From assembly GCF_009914755.1 (NCBI RefSeq), contig NC_060936.1: a stretch of DNA of 64,000 nucleotides. One strand, written 5' to 3'. The notes beneath the pieces were generated by a model. That model saw only the letters and a program-made list of their open reading frames with translations. It made no database searches and was not told the DNA's origin. Both the position numbers and the translations under genes were made by a program. Origin of the DNA: the human T2T-CHM13v2.0 reference genome, Homo sapiens. This document shows positions 51,903 to 64,000 of this stretch, piece after piece. Position 1 is the first letter of the stretch, and each line of letters opens with the position of its first letter.

Positions 51903-53868
51903 AAATTTACTTTTTTAAAATGATTATATTAAAGCCTGAGATTGGTGGCACTCAATTAAAAATTGTTATAACTCTACGTAGAATATGGAATTTTTCCAAC
52001 TTCATGCAAATTTGACTTTAGCTTAACATTACTTGTTTTATATCACTATGTGTTTATACTGCAAAGCTCTTAAGTTTGGGAAGAAAGGAAGCTTAAAATA
52101 TCCTTAAGGCAGTGTTATGCCATTCATATTTGTGTTCAGTTGGACAGATCAAGTTTTAGCTCAGACCTCAAAAAGGAAATAAGCTCCCCTTCTAAAAGGA
52201 AGGAAGCCCTTTTATCACTGTCTTGAGTTCAACAAGGAAAGTGGGGTAGATTGAAATGTCATAAAACCAGAAAAAAAATTATGGTGACTTTATGGCAAAG
52301 AATAGTGGTAGGAAATTAAAGCTTTTAATAATAAAATTTGCCAACACATGTGTGTGTGTGCACCCTGCCTTGCCACTGCTGGCAGCGTGAGTGTCCTCCA
52401 TCACCCCTACTCCTACCACACAGCCACTGACATCAGAGCATTGGCAGGCACTAAGCTCGCCAACCCCACCCCTGCCAGCACCCTGCCCCTGCAATGGAGC
52501 TGCCAGTGCAAAACTAGGCACAAAACACACAAACCCACCCCTAGCCATGTACAGACACTGCCACCAGTATGAATGCACACAAAAGGTTCATACAGTCCTG
52601 CACCCACCAGTGCCCCACCCCCATGCTAACACCACCGTCAGTGCAAATGCATGCACAGTTGCTAGTGGGGATCCCCCAATCCCCTGAGTCATACTGCCAT
52701 GATCATTGCTATGAATGCCTGCACAAAGGCCAGCAACCTGGCACCTGCTAGCACCCTGCCACAGCTGATGAGCGTGTACCCCACCACGCTGCCACTGCCA
52801 TGCTGCTGGTACATGTGAATGAGGAGGGATCCCACTGCTACCATCCTGCAAAGTGCTTTGGCTGACATCACCCATGGAAGTGTTGTGACCAGTGGTCTGG
52901 GAGCACCTTGGTCCCTTCAGTGCAACATGTTCTTAACCTCAAGGAGCCAGAGAACAAAGCTGGAGCCAGATACCAGTTCCCCAGAGTTACAGCATGCAAT
53001 CCAGGAGTCCTGAACTGAGCCTTGCTCCTCCCTGCCTCCACTGCCCCCAAATCTTCTGGTAACAAAGTCAGTTGACTGAACTCACCTTATACCACAATCA
53101 AACCTCCAAGGTCATCGAATAGGATAAAAGGAAAAAATCAAAACAACAGCAGTTTCTAAGAGTGAAGGAACATCAGCCCGCAAAGATGAGAAAGAACCAG
53201 CACAAGAACTCTGACAACTCAAAGAGCCAGAGCATCTTCTTTCCTCCAAACAATCACACCAGTTCTCCAGCAAGGGTTCTTAATTGGGCTGAGATGGCTG
53301 AAATGACAGAAATAGAATTCAGACTATGGATAGGAATGAAGGTCATTGAGATTCAGGAGAATGTTGAAACCTAATCTAAGGAAGCTAAGAATCACAATAA
53401 AATGATGCAGAAGCTGACAGACAAAATAGCCAGTATAGAAAAGAACATAACCAACCTGACAGAGCTGAACAACAGTCTACAAGAATTTCGTAATGCAATC
53501 ACAAGTATTAACAGCAGAACAGACCAAGCTGAGGAAAGAATCTCAGAGCCACAAAATTGACTTTCTGCAATACAACAGTCAGACAAGAATAAAGAAAGAA
53601 GAATGAAAAGGAATAAACAAAACCTCTGAGAAATCTGGGATTATTTATGTAAAAAGACTGAATCTACAACTCCTTGATATCCTTGAAAGAGATGAGCATA
53701 ATGAAAGCAACTTGGAAAACATATTTTAGGATATCATCCATGAGAACTTCCCCTCCTAGCTAGAGAGGCCAAATTCATATTCAGGAAATGAAGAGAACCC
53801 CAAAATATACTTCACAAGAAAGTCATCCCTAAGACACACAATCATCAGATTCACCAAGGTTGAAATGA

Positions 53869-54336
<468 letters not shown>

Positions 54337-54831
54337 AACATTCTTAAAGAAAATAAATTCCAACCAAGAATTTCATATCTAGCCAAACTAAACTTCATAA
54401 GTGAAGGAGAAATAAGATGCTTCTCAGACAAGGAAATGCTGAGGGAATTTGTTACCACCAGATCCAACTTGCAAGAGCTCCAGAAAGAAGCACTGAATAT
54501 AAAAAGGAAAGAATATTACGAGCCACTACATAACCACACTGAAGTACACAGACCAGTGACACTATAGAGCAGTTACACAAACAAGTTGACAAACAGCTAA
54601 CAACATGATGGCAGATTCAAATTCACGCATCTCAATATTAACCTCTAATGTAAACAGACTAAATGCCCCAATTAAGAGGCACAGAGTGGCAAGCCAGATG
54701 AAGAAGCAAGACTCAGTGGTATGCCGTCTTTAAGAGACCCATCTCACATGCAATGACACTGATAGGCTCGAGATAAAGGAAAGGAGAAAAATCTGTCAAG
54801 CAAATGGAAAATAGAAAAAAGCAGGGGTTGC

Positions 54832-55250
54832 CACATGCCCATCAATGATAGACTGGATAAAGAAAATGTGGCACATATACACCATGGAATACTATGCAGC
54901 CATAAAAAAGGATGAGTTCATGTCCTTTCCAGGGACATGGATGAAGCTGGAAACTGTCATTCTCAGCAAACTAACACAAGAACAGAAAACCAAACACCAC
55001 ATGTTCTCACTCATAAGTGGAAGTTGAAAAATGAGAACACATGGACACAGGGAGGGGAACATCACACACTGGGGCCTGTCGGGGGTGGGGGGCTGGGGGA
55101 GGGATAGCATTAGGAGAAATACCTAATATAGATGACAGGCTGATGGGTGCAGCAAACCACCATGGCACATGTACACCTATGTAACAAACCTGCACGTTCT
55201 GCCCATGTATCCCAGAACTTAAAGTATAATTTAAAAAAAAAGAAAAAGAG
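54832..55250 (+). mobile_element. Younger L1PA 3' fragment nested in the older L1 endonuclease domain
   Basis: MIDWIKKMWHIY...LISGS* plus 3'UTR; 15-bp TSD aaaagcaggggttgc (54817-31 / 55251-65). Confidence 0.9.
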
Positions 55251-58200
55251 AAAAGCAGGGGTTGCAATACTAATTTCAGACAAAACAGACTTTAAACCAA
55301 GAAAGGTCAAAAAAAAAAAAAAAAGACAAGAGAATTGCATAATGGTAAAGGGTTTAATTCAATGAGAAGACCTAACTAAACAAAATCTACATGCACCCAA
55401 CACAGGAGCACCCAGATTCATAAAACAAGTGCTTAGAGACCTTCAAAGAGACTCAGACTCCCACACAATAATATTGAGAAACTTCAACACTCCACAGACA
55501 GTATTAGACAGATCATCAAGGCAGAAATTTAGGATCTGAACTCAGCACAGGACCCAAATGGATCTGATAGACATCTACAAAACTATCCACTACAAAACAA
55601 CAACACATACATTCTTCTCAACTGCACACGGCACTACTCTAAAACCGATCACACAATCAGACATAAAACTATCCTCAGCAAATTTAGAAAAATGAAATCA
55701 TACACTCCACACTCTCGGACTACCATGTGATTAAAATAGAATTCAATAAGAAGAAAATCACTCAAAACCATACAATTACATAGAAATTAAACAACCTGCT
55801 CCTGCATGACTTTTGGGTAAATAATGAAATTTTGGCAGAAATCAGGAAGTTCTTTGAAACCAGTAAGAACAAAGATACAACACACCAGAATTTCTGGGAC
55901 ACAGCTAAGGCGGTGTTAAGAGGGAAACTTATAGCACTAAACATCCACATCGAAAAGTTAGAAAGATCTCAACTTAACCTCACATCACAACTGAAAGAAC
56001 TAGTGGGTCAGCTGTGCTGTGCAGGTGATCCATGCTACACCCTAATCACTACTTGCTCTTCGGAACCTGAAAGTTACAGCAACGGAAGCTTCAAGATGGA
56101 AAAAATGGCAGCCAGCCTCACCCTCTGTGAGCTCCGTCCCAGGGAAATGTAAAGTTGCTACCAGCCTGAAAACCCTGATGGGGGTGGGGTGGTGGTGGCT
56201 GCAGTCCCAGGTTGTGGGGTTGCCCCCATGAGGAGAAGTGGGACTCACATAAAAAATAGTCTGGCCAAACGTCCTTGATGAACATTGATGCAAAAATCCT
56301 CAACAAAATATTTGCAAACCAATATTCCTGATGAACATCGATGCGAAAATCCTCAATAAAATACTGGTAAACTGAATCCAGCAGCACATCAAAAAGCTTA
56401 GCTACCGCGATCAAGTAGACTTCATCCCTGGGATGCAAGGTTGGTTCAACATAGGCATATCAATAAATGTGATTCATTCATATAAACAGAACCAATGACA
56501 AAAATACGATTATCTTATCAGATGTAGAAAAGGATTTTAGTAAAATTCAACACCTCTTCATGTTAAAAACTCCCAATAAACTAGATATTGAAAGAACATA
56601 CCTCAAAATAATAACAGCCATCTATGACAAACCCATGGCCAACATCATACTGAATGGGCAAAAGCTGGAAGCATTCTCCTTAAAAACTGGCACAAGACAA
56701 GGATGTCCTCTCTCACCACTCCTATTGAACACAGTATTGGAAGTCCTCACCAGAACAATCGGGCAAGACAAAGAAATAAAGGGCATCAGCATAGGAAGAG
56801 AGGAAGTCAAACTATCCCTGTTTGCAGACGACATGATTTTATATCTAGAAAACCCCATAGTGTTGGCCCCAAAGCTCCTTAAGCTGAAAAATGATGTTAG
56901 CAAAATTTCAGGATACAAAATCAATGTACAAAAATTACTAGCATTCCTATACACCAACAACAGTCAAGCCAAAAGCCAAATCAGGAATGCAAGCAATCCC
57001 ATTCACAATTGTCACAGAAAGAATAAAATACCTAGAAATATAGCTAACCAGGGAGGTGAAAGATCTATACAATGAGAATTATAAAACACCGCTCAAAGAA
57101 ATCAGAGATGACACAAACAAATGGAAAAATATTCCATGCTCATAGATAGGAAGAATCAGTATGAAAATGGTCATATTGCCCAAAGATCTCTACAATGAGA
57201 ATTACAAAACACTGCTCAAAGAAATCAGAGATGATGCAAATGGAAAAAATATTCCATGCTCATAGATAGGAAGAATCAATATCATGAAAATGGTCATATT
57301 GCCCAAAGCAATTTATAGATTTAATGTTTTTCCTATAAAACTACCAACGACATCCTTCACAGACCTAGATAAAACTATTTAAAAATGTATATGGAACTAA
57401 AAAAAGAGCCCAAATAGCCAAGGCAATCCTAAGCAAAAAGAAGAAAGGAGGAGGCATCACACCACCCAACTTCAAACTATACTACAGGGCTACAGTTACC
57501 AAAACAGCATAGTACTTGTACAAAAACAGACACACAAATCAATGGGACAGAATGCAGAGACCATAAATAATGCTGCACACCCACAACCATCTGATCTTCA
57601 ACAAAGCTAACAAACACAAGGAAAGGACTCCCTATTCAATAAATGGTGCTGAGATAACTGGCTAGCCATAGGCAGAAGATTGAAACTGGATCCCCGCCTT
57701 ACACAATGCACAAAAATCAACTCAAGATTGGTTAAAGACTTAAATGTAAAACCAAAAAGTATACAAACTCTGGAAGACAACCTAGGCAATACCATTCTGG
57801 ACACAGGAACTGCAAAGATTTCATGAAGAAGACACTAAAAACAATCTCAACAAATGCAAACATTGACAAATGGGATCTAATTAACCTAAAGAGCTTCTGC
57901 ACAGCAAAAGAAACTATCAATAGAGTAAACAGACAACTTAGAGAATGAGAGAAAACTTTTGCAATCTATGCATCCAATAAAGGTCTAATATCTAGCATCT
58001 GTATAGAATTTAAACACATTTACAAGGAAAAAACAAACCACCACATTAAAAAGTGGGCAAAGGACAGGAATAAACACTTTTCAAAAGAAGATATACATGT
58101 GGCCAACAAGCCAATGAAAAAAAGCTCAATACTACTGAATATTAGAGAAATGCAACTCAAAACCACAATGAGATTATCATCTCACATCAGTCAGAATGGC

Positions 58201-60423
58201 TATTATTAAGAGTCAAAAAATAACAGATGTTGGCAAGGTTGTGGAGAAAAGGGAATGCTTATACACTCTTGGTGGGAATGTAAATTAGTTCAGCCATTAT
58301 GGAAAGCAGTGTGGCGATTCCTCAAAGAGCTAAAAACAGAACTATCATTTGACCCAAGAATCCCAGTACTGGGTATATATCCAAAGGAATATAAATTGTT
58401 CTGTCATAAAGACACATGCACACATATGTTCATTGCAACCCTGTTGCAATGAACAGTAGCAAAGACATGGAATCAACCTAAATGCCCATCAGTGGAAGAC
58501 TGAATAAAGAAAATGTGGTACATACACACCATGGAACTATGCAGCCATAAAAAAGAACGCCATCATGTCCTTTGCAGGAGCATACATGGAGCTAGAAGCT
58601 ATCATTCTTAGCAAAATAATGTAGGAACAGAAAACCAAATATTCCATGTGCTCAGTTATAAGTGGGAGCTAAATGATGAGAACATAATGGATACAAAGAG
58701 GACAACACACAGTGGGGCTTATCTGAGGGTGGAGGGCGGGAGGAGGGAGAGCAGAAGACATTGAGGCCTATTGGAGGGTGGAGGGTAGGTGGAGAAAGAG
58801 GATCAGAAAAAATAATTATTGGGTAGTAGGCTTAGAACCTGGGTAACGAAATAATCTGTACAACAAACCCCATGACACGAGTTTACCTACATAACAAACC
58901 TGAACATGAACCCTTCAAACCTAAAATAAAAGTTTTAAACATAATAATAAATAATAAAATTTGAGAAGATTTCATTATTTAAAATCTCAATTCTGAAAAT
59001 TAAATAGGCAAATAATTTAGGTAATAATAATTTGGACAGTATGAAGAATAGTGTGAAAAGAGAACAATATGAGGAAGCTCAACTTGGACAATTTGAAAAG
59101 TTTTAAAAAGTTGAATTTAGACAAATTGTGAATAAAATTTGTTCTTTTATCATAGAGGTGTAAGTGCTTTTGATAATTCTTTGGTGAAGAGTAAATCGGT
59201 AATTAATAACTATTAAAATATGTGGTTAAAATTGTTTTATGATGAAACAATTATGATTTAATTAGCTATATAGAGAAATTTTTTCCAATTGTTGACTCAG
59301 CTACTTTCAATAAAATTTTGTGGCATCTTCACAAAGTAAATGATTAAATAACTAGTCCTCATTTTACTATATAGAGATTTTCATACAGACTCTTCCTGTT
59401 ATGAATAAAATTCAAATTGGAATATTATAAAAGAAAAAATCAAATAAATGTTTTAAAACCTTTGATTATTTCTGTGAATGTGATACATAGACCAGTATTA
59501 GAAGAAAATTATTCAACAAAAATTGAAGAACAATGTACACAGTGGGGTCCATTCTCCATATCTAACTACCTCTACACTAGTATTGGGAAAAAACTGATAT
59601 TCAAAACTGGCAGCAGTTTTTAATGTTTAATTATAATAATTATTAATTATTAGAGTACTGATTAATAATGCATAAATTTTAACTTTCTCAAAATTGTTTC
59701 AATTTTCAAAACTGAAAAATAAAAATTAAAAATTAATATTTAATTTTTCCAGCTTAGCAGGAAGAGAAACTACATAAATAGAAAATATTAGGCATGGAGC
59801 AAATCCTAATGGTTATTAAGTTTAGCTTAGGGGTGTGGTGGAAATTGGTAAAATGTTTCCCTTAGTTTAGGTTAATTACAAAAATGTTCACGGGTTCTCT
59901 TTTCAGTGGTTTAACCTCTAGATTATTTGACTTAGAATAGAAAACGATCTTGGTTCCCCAGGCCTCAATTTATTCTTGAAGTGAATCCAATTTCGTATAT
60001 AAAGTACTCATGGCCTGGCACAAGAAAAAAAAATCTATCACCTTTCTTCCTTCCCATTTCCCATGATAATTACTTTTTTCTTCTCTGCAATGTTAATTTA
60101 ATCAATGTACACTTTATTGGGGGTGGAGATAAATAGAAGGCAGCTTAGATTTTGAAAAGAGCTTTGTTTTGCTGTTAGAAGAAACAAACTAAAGTGAAAA
60201 ACTAGTGTACCTTAGCAGAGTGACTGATACAGAGTAGACAATCACATTTATCTGTTGACTGTTGAATTTTAAAATGCCAAAGAGTCATAAGACGAGTATT
60301 TTCCTGCGTGTCCTCCTTATTGTGAAGGGATGATGGAAACGATTTCCCATTTATGAACTGTCACCGAGGGAAGGGTAAGGATGTGTTAGGGGAGCAAGGA
60401 GAGATGAATCTGAGGATACTCAC

Positions 60424-60487
60424 TGTCTCCTGACTCCACAGGCAGAGTGTGGGTTCCAGATCTGACGATGACTCCCTTAGCCATGAT
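60424..60487 (-). CDS. PZP: PZP exon 13 ([21 protein letters not shown])
   Basis: AG at 60488-89, GT at 60422-23; 64 bp, ends phase 1. Confidence 0.92.
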
Positions 60488-60742
60488 CTGAAATGAAAAA
60501 ACAGTGAAGGAAATTTCTTGAGCTGGACACAGTTCTCAGCCTTCTATTCCCCACATGACCCACTTTCAGTTGTCAAGTCTGTGCTGGAGAGAATCAACCT
60601 CAAGAAAACTCATGGAATGAAGGACGCACAACAAGAACACAAGGTGGCTGTGTGCAAGTAGTTTATTTTGACATTCCTGAGCCTATTGACCACTTTTGTC
60701 CTACTGATAAGCTGCAATTGTATTCCATGGCCTCATTCTTAC

Positions 60743-60970
60743 CAGGTAATGGAAACTGAGCTCCGATAACTCTCCCATGGCCTGTCTATTCAGTGTATAG
60801 TGTGCCGTGATAGTCTCCGTGTGGCCACAGGGCAGGGTACCAGCCACAGGCTCCAGGTGAATGTAACTTCCACTTAAGGAGAAAACACGATTTGCAGTGT
60901 GCTGAGCGCCCTGGTGGTCTTCTGCTACCCATGAATAGTGAAAACACAAGTTGGGATGCACAGTGAAAAC
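60743..60970 (-). CDS. PZP: PZP exon 12 (VFTVHPNLCFHYSW...ELSFHYL)
   Basis: AG at 60971-72, GT at 60741-42; 228 bp. Confidence 0.93.
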
Positions 60971-62307
60971 CTGAGTAAACAGAAAAGCAAAGAAAGAATA
61001 CTGTCTTGAAATTCTTCACCTTAGCTTCTCACCAAAATGAATAGTTACAACGGTGTCTTCCACTCTAAAATACACTATGCCTCTCCCTCATACTGGTCGA
61101 CAGCCAAATAAATGAATTTTCAGTCTCCCAACATTCAAATATTAAAAGGAAATCATCCACAAATTTATCTCTTTTGCCCTGATTCTGCTAACTCATTACT
61201 ACTTTGACATTTTCCTCCTGCCCCTCAGAACTAGAGGAAAAATGAGAATGATAAATAACTCAAACAAGTGGAAAAGGGATTTTTCAGATATTAGAATTAC
61301 CTCATGAATTGGCTTAATTAAAATTAGGGTTTGTATTAATAAAACATTCTATTACCTTATGAGCTTCAAAATTGTTTTTAGTAATCCTTAGTAAATTAGC
61401 ATTTATGCCTCTTATCATTATTGTGACTTCCAACCTTTAAGACCTATGTGATTTCTGAAACTTTAAGCCTTGCAGATAATGTTTTGCGCACAATTCTATT
61501 TCCCTTGTGGTAACTGCTCCTTAGCTTTTCTTCAAAGTGCACTTATTTTTTTCTAAATTTATTAGGCATATTTTGTGGACTCTTCTATTTGGTCTCATAA
61601 TAAAGTTCCTATTTAAAAAAACCTTTTGCGCATAAACACATCATACTAATAATTTACAGATCTTTTAACTCCATGAAAATAGGAAATTTTAAAGTGTAGG
61701 GACACTATTTAGTCACCTTTTAAATCCTAGGGAGAGCGAGTGTCTATCACATAGAAAACATTAAACATCATTACATGTTTTTAAACTGAGTTAACACGTG
61801 AAACTGAGAAACAGAAATAATGTATATGTTATTTATCGACACTGAAATCCATAAATTATAGTCTTTTATCACTTCTTTGAGATAACAAGCATGAAAACTT
61901 TTTAGCTAGGGAAATCTTTTGATCATCGTCATTAGACAGTGTATATTAAGTGTGTGTGTGTGTGATCACTTTACAAAATTTCTAAGTGACCTGGAAAAAA
62001 TAACATAAAACAAAGTACATGAATTACTGAAGCAGCTGATATTGTTCACGACCCAAATCAAATAAGATTTTTTTCATACTATATAAAATGTTACAGATAA
62101 TGATAGTGAAATTATCAGGCACTTCTGCAGTGCCTTTTCTAATGCCTTTATTGTTTTTCATGAAATTCTATTATCCTCAAATTTGTAAACTCAAAGTTAG
62201 ATATCTTCTTATTTCTTACTCTTAAATGCAATCTGTACATTTCTTCTGAATATATCACTGTTCCTAACATTTCCTTTGTCCTCAGAGATTTGTCTTTCTA
62301 TACTTAC

Positions 62308-62469
62308 CCGGACAAAAAGTTTATTAACCGAGATACTGGTAGTATTGATTGAAAACTGTGCAAGACCCTGCTCATTGGTGGTTGCATTGGAGTAATAATT
62401 GGCGTCATTCACAGAGATGAAGAAGAGTTTATTGGGGATGGGCACACCTTTTCCATCCACCAGAAGCAC
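62308..62469 (-). CDS. PZP: PZP exon 11 ([14 protein letters not shown]...NKLFVR)
   Basis: AG at 62470-71, GT at 62306-07; 162 bp, phase 0-0. Confidence 0.93.
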
Positions 62470-62661
62470 CTAAAGAAGAAAAGTACTTGATAGTTGATGT
62501 GAACAACACCCAGAGAGGACTGAACTCATGTGAACAAATGCTTTTGCTGCTATAACTAAAACAACAACCTCCCCCTCAAAAAAACCCCACCAAACCTTCA
62601 TATTTACGACAAAATGTTTCCTTCCATTTGGATCCTCATGTCCTACATAGCTTATCTATGA

Positions 62662-62993
<332 letters not shown>

Positions 62994-63257
62994 AAAGTCA
63001 GGGAGATTTTTAATAACTACAACTTGCCACTTAATATGCACTTGGAATAAGAATAAAAGAAATGAATTTAAACTGGCTGTTTTTCCCTTTTCGCATAGAC
63101 GGAGGCTAGAATGCTTGGCTGTGTTCTGAACTCTACTAGCTAAAAAAGTTACTTCTCTGCGCTTCAGTTTTCCACCTTCATTAAAAGGGGGATAATAGTT
63201 GTGCCTCCTTTATATGGTAGTATTGAAGATTAAATAATTATTTAAAAATACATTAGA

Positions 63258-63478
63258 GGAGTAGGGCGACTATAGTTTTCCAATAATCTGTTGTGATTTA
63301 AAAATAGCCAGAAGAGAATAATTTGAATTTTTAGCAAAAAAAGGACAAATATTTAAGGTGATGAATATCTCAATTATGCTGATTGGATCTTCAAAAATTA
63401 TTTGAATGTATTAAATAATCACATGTACTCCCCAAAATTGATACTATGATGTATCAATTTTTAAAAAATTTAAAATAA
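63258..63478 (+). mobile_element. L1MA 3' fragment inserted in a MIR
   Basis: 15-bp TSD taaaaatacattaga (63243-57 / 63479-93). Confidence 0.75.
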
Positions 63479-63589
63479 TAAAAATACATTAGAAGATATT
63501 TGGTGTACGATAATTATTCCATAAATGTTAGTTACTAACGTTATTATTATCTCCTGCAACAAACCAGCTAAGAAAATACACATGAGAAT

Positions 63590-63999
<410 letters not shown>

Positions 64000-64000
64000 T

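Overview
Primate, almost certainly human, genomic DNA from the A2M/PZP cluster. The minus strand carries 26 consecutive coding exons of PZP (pregnancy zone protein), about exons 11-36 by back-counting from the terminal exon. All have GT-AG introns and compatible phases. They include the bait region, the GCGEQ thioester, the C-terminal receptor-binding domain, the stop codon (17170-17172) and the AATAAA signal (17059-17064). Downstream of PZP is an old, near full-length L1MA element. A processed BTG1 pseudogene and a pol-less HERV-F-type provirus (LTR19-like, tRNA-Phe PBS) are nested inside it. PZP introns hold two long antisense L1s, a young twin-primed L1, a full-length TPT1 retrocopy with a truncated U2 snRNA copy inside, several Alus, MaLR LTRs and DNA transposons. 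I see no novel multi-gene system. The most unusual structures sit around PZP splice sites: (1) a 99%-identical 203-bp inverted repeat bracketing exons 16-17; (2) an L1 whose target-site duplication copied the end of exon 28 and its splice donor; (3) a ~270-bp direct duplication bracketing in-frame exon 15; (4) a NAGNAG acceptor inside the bait region. Repeat subfamily names and comparisons to reference sequences are from memory, not from database searches.
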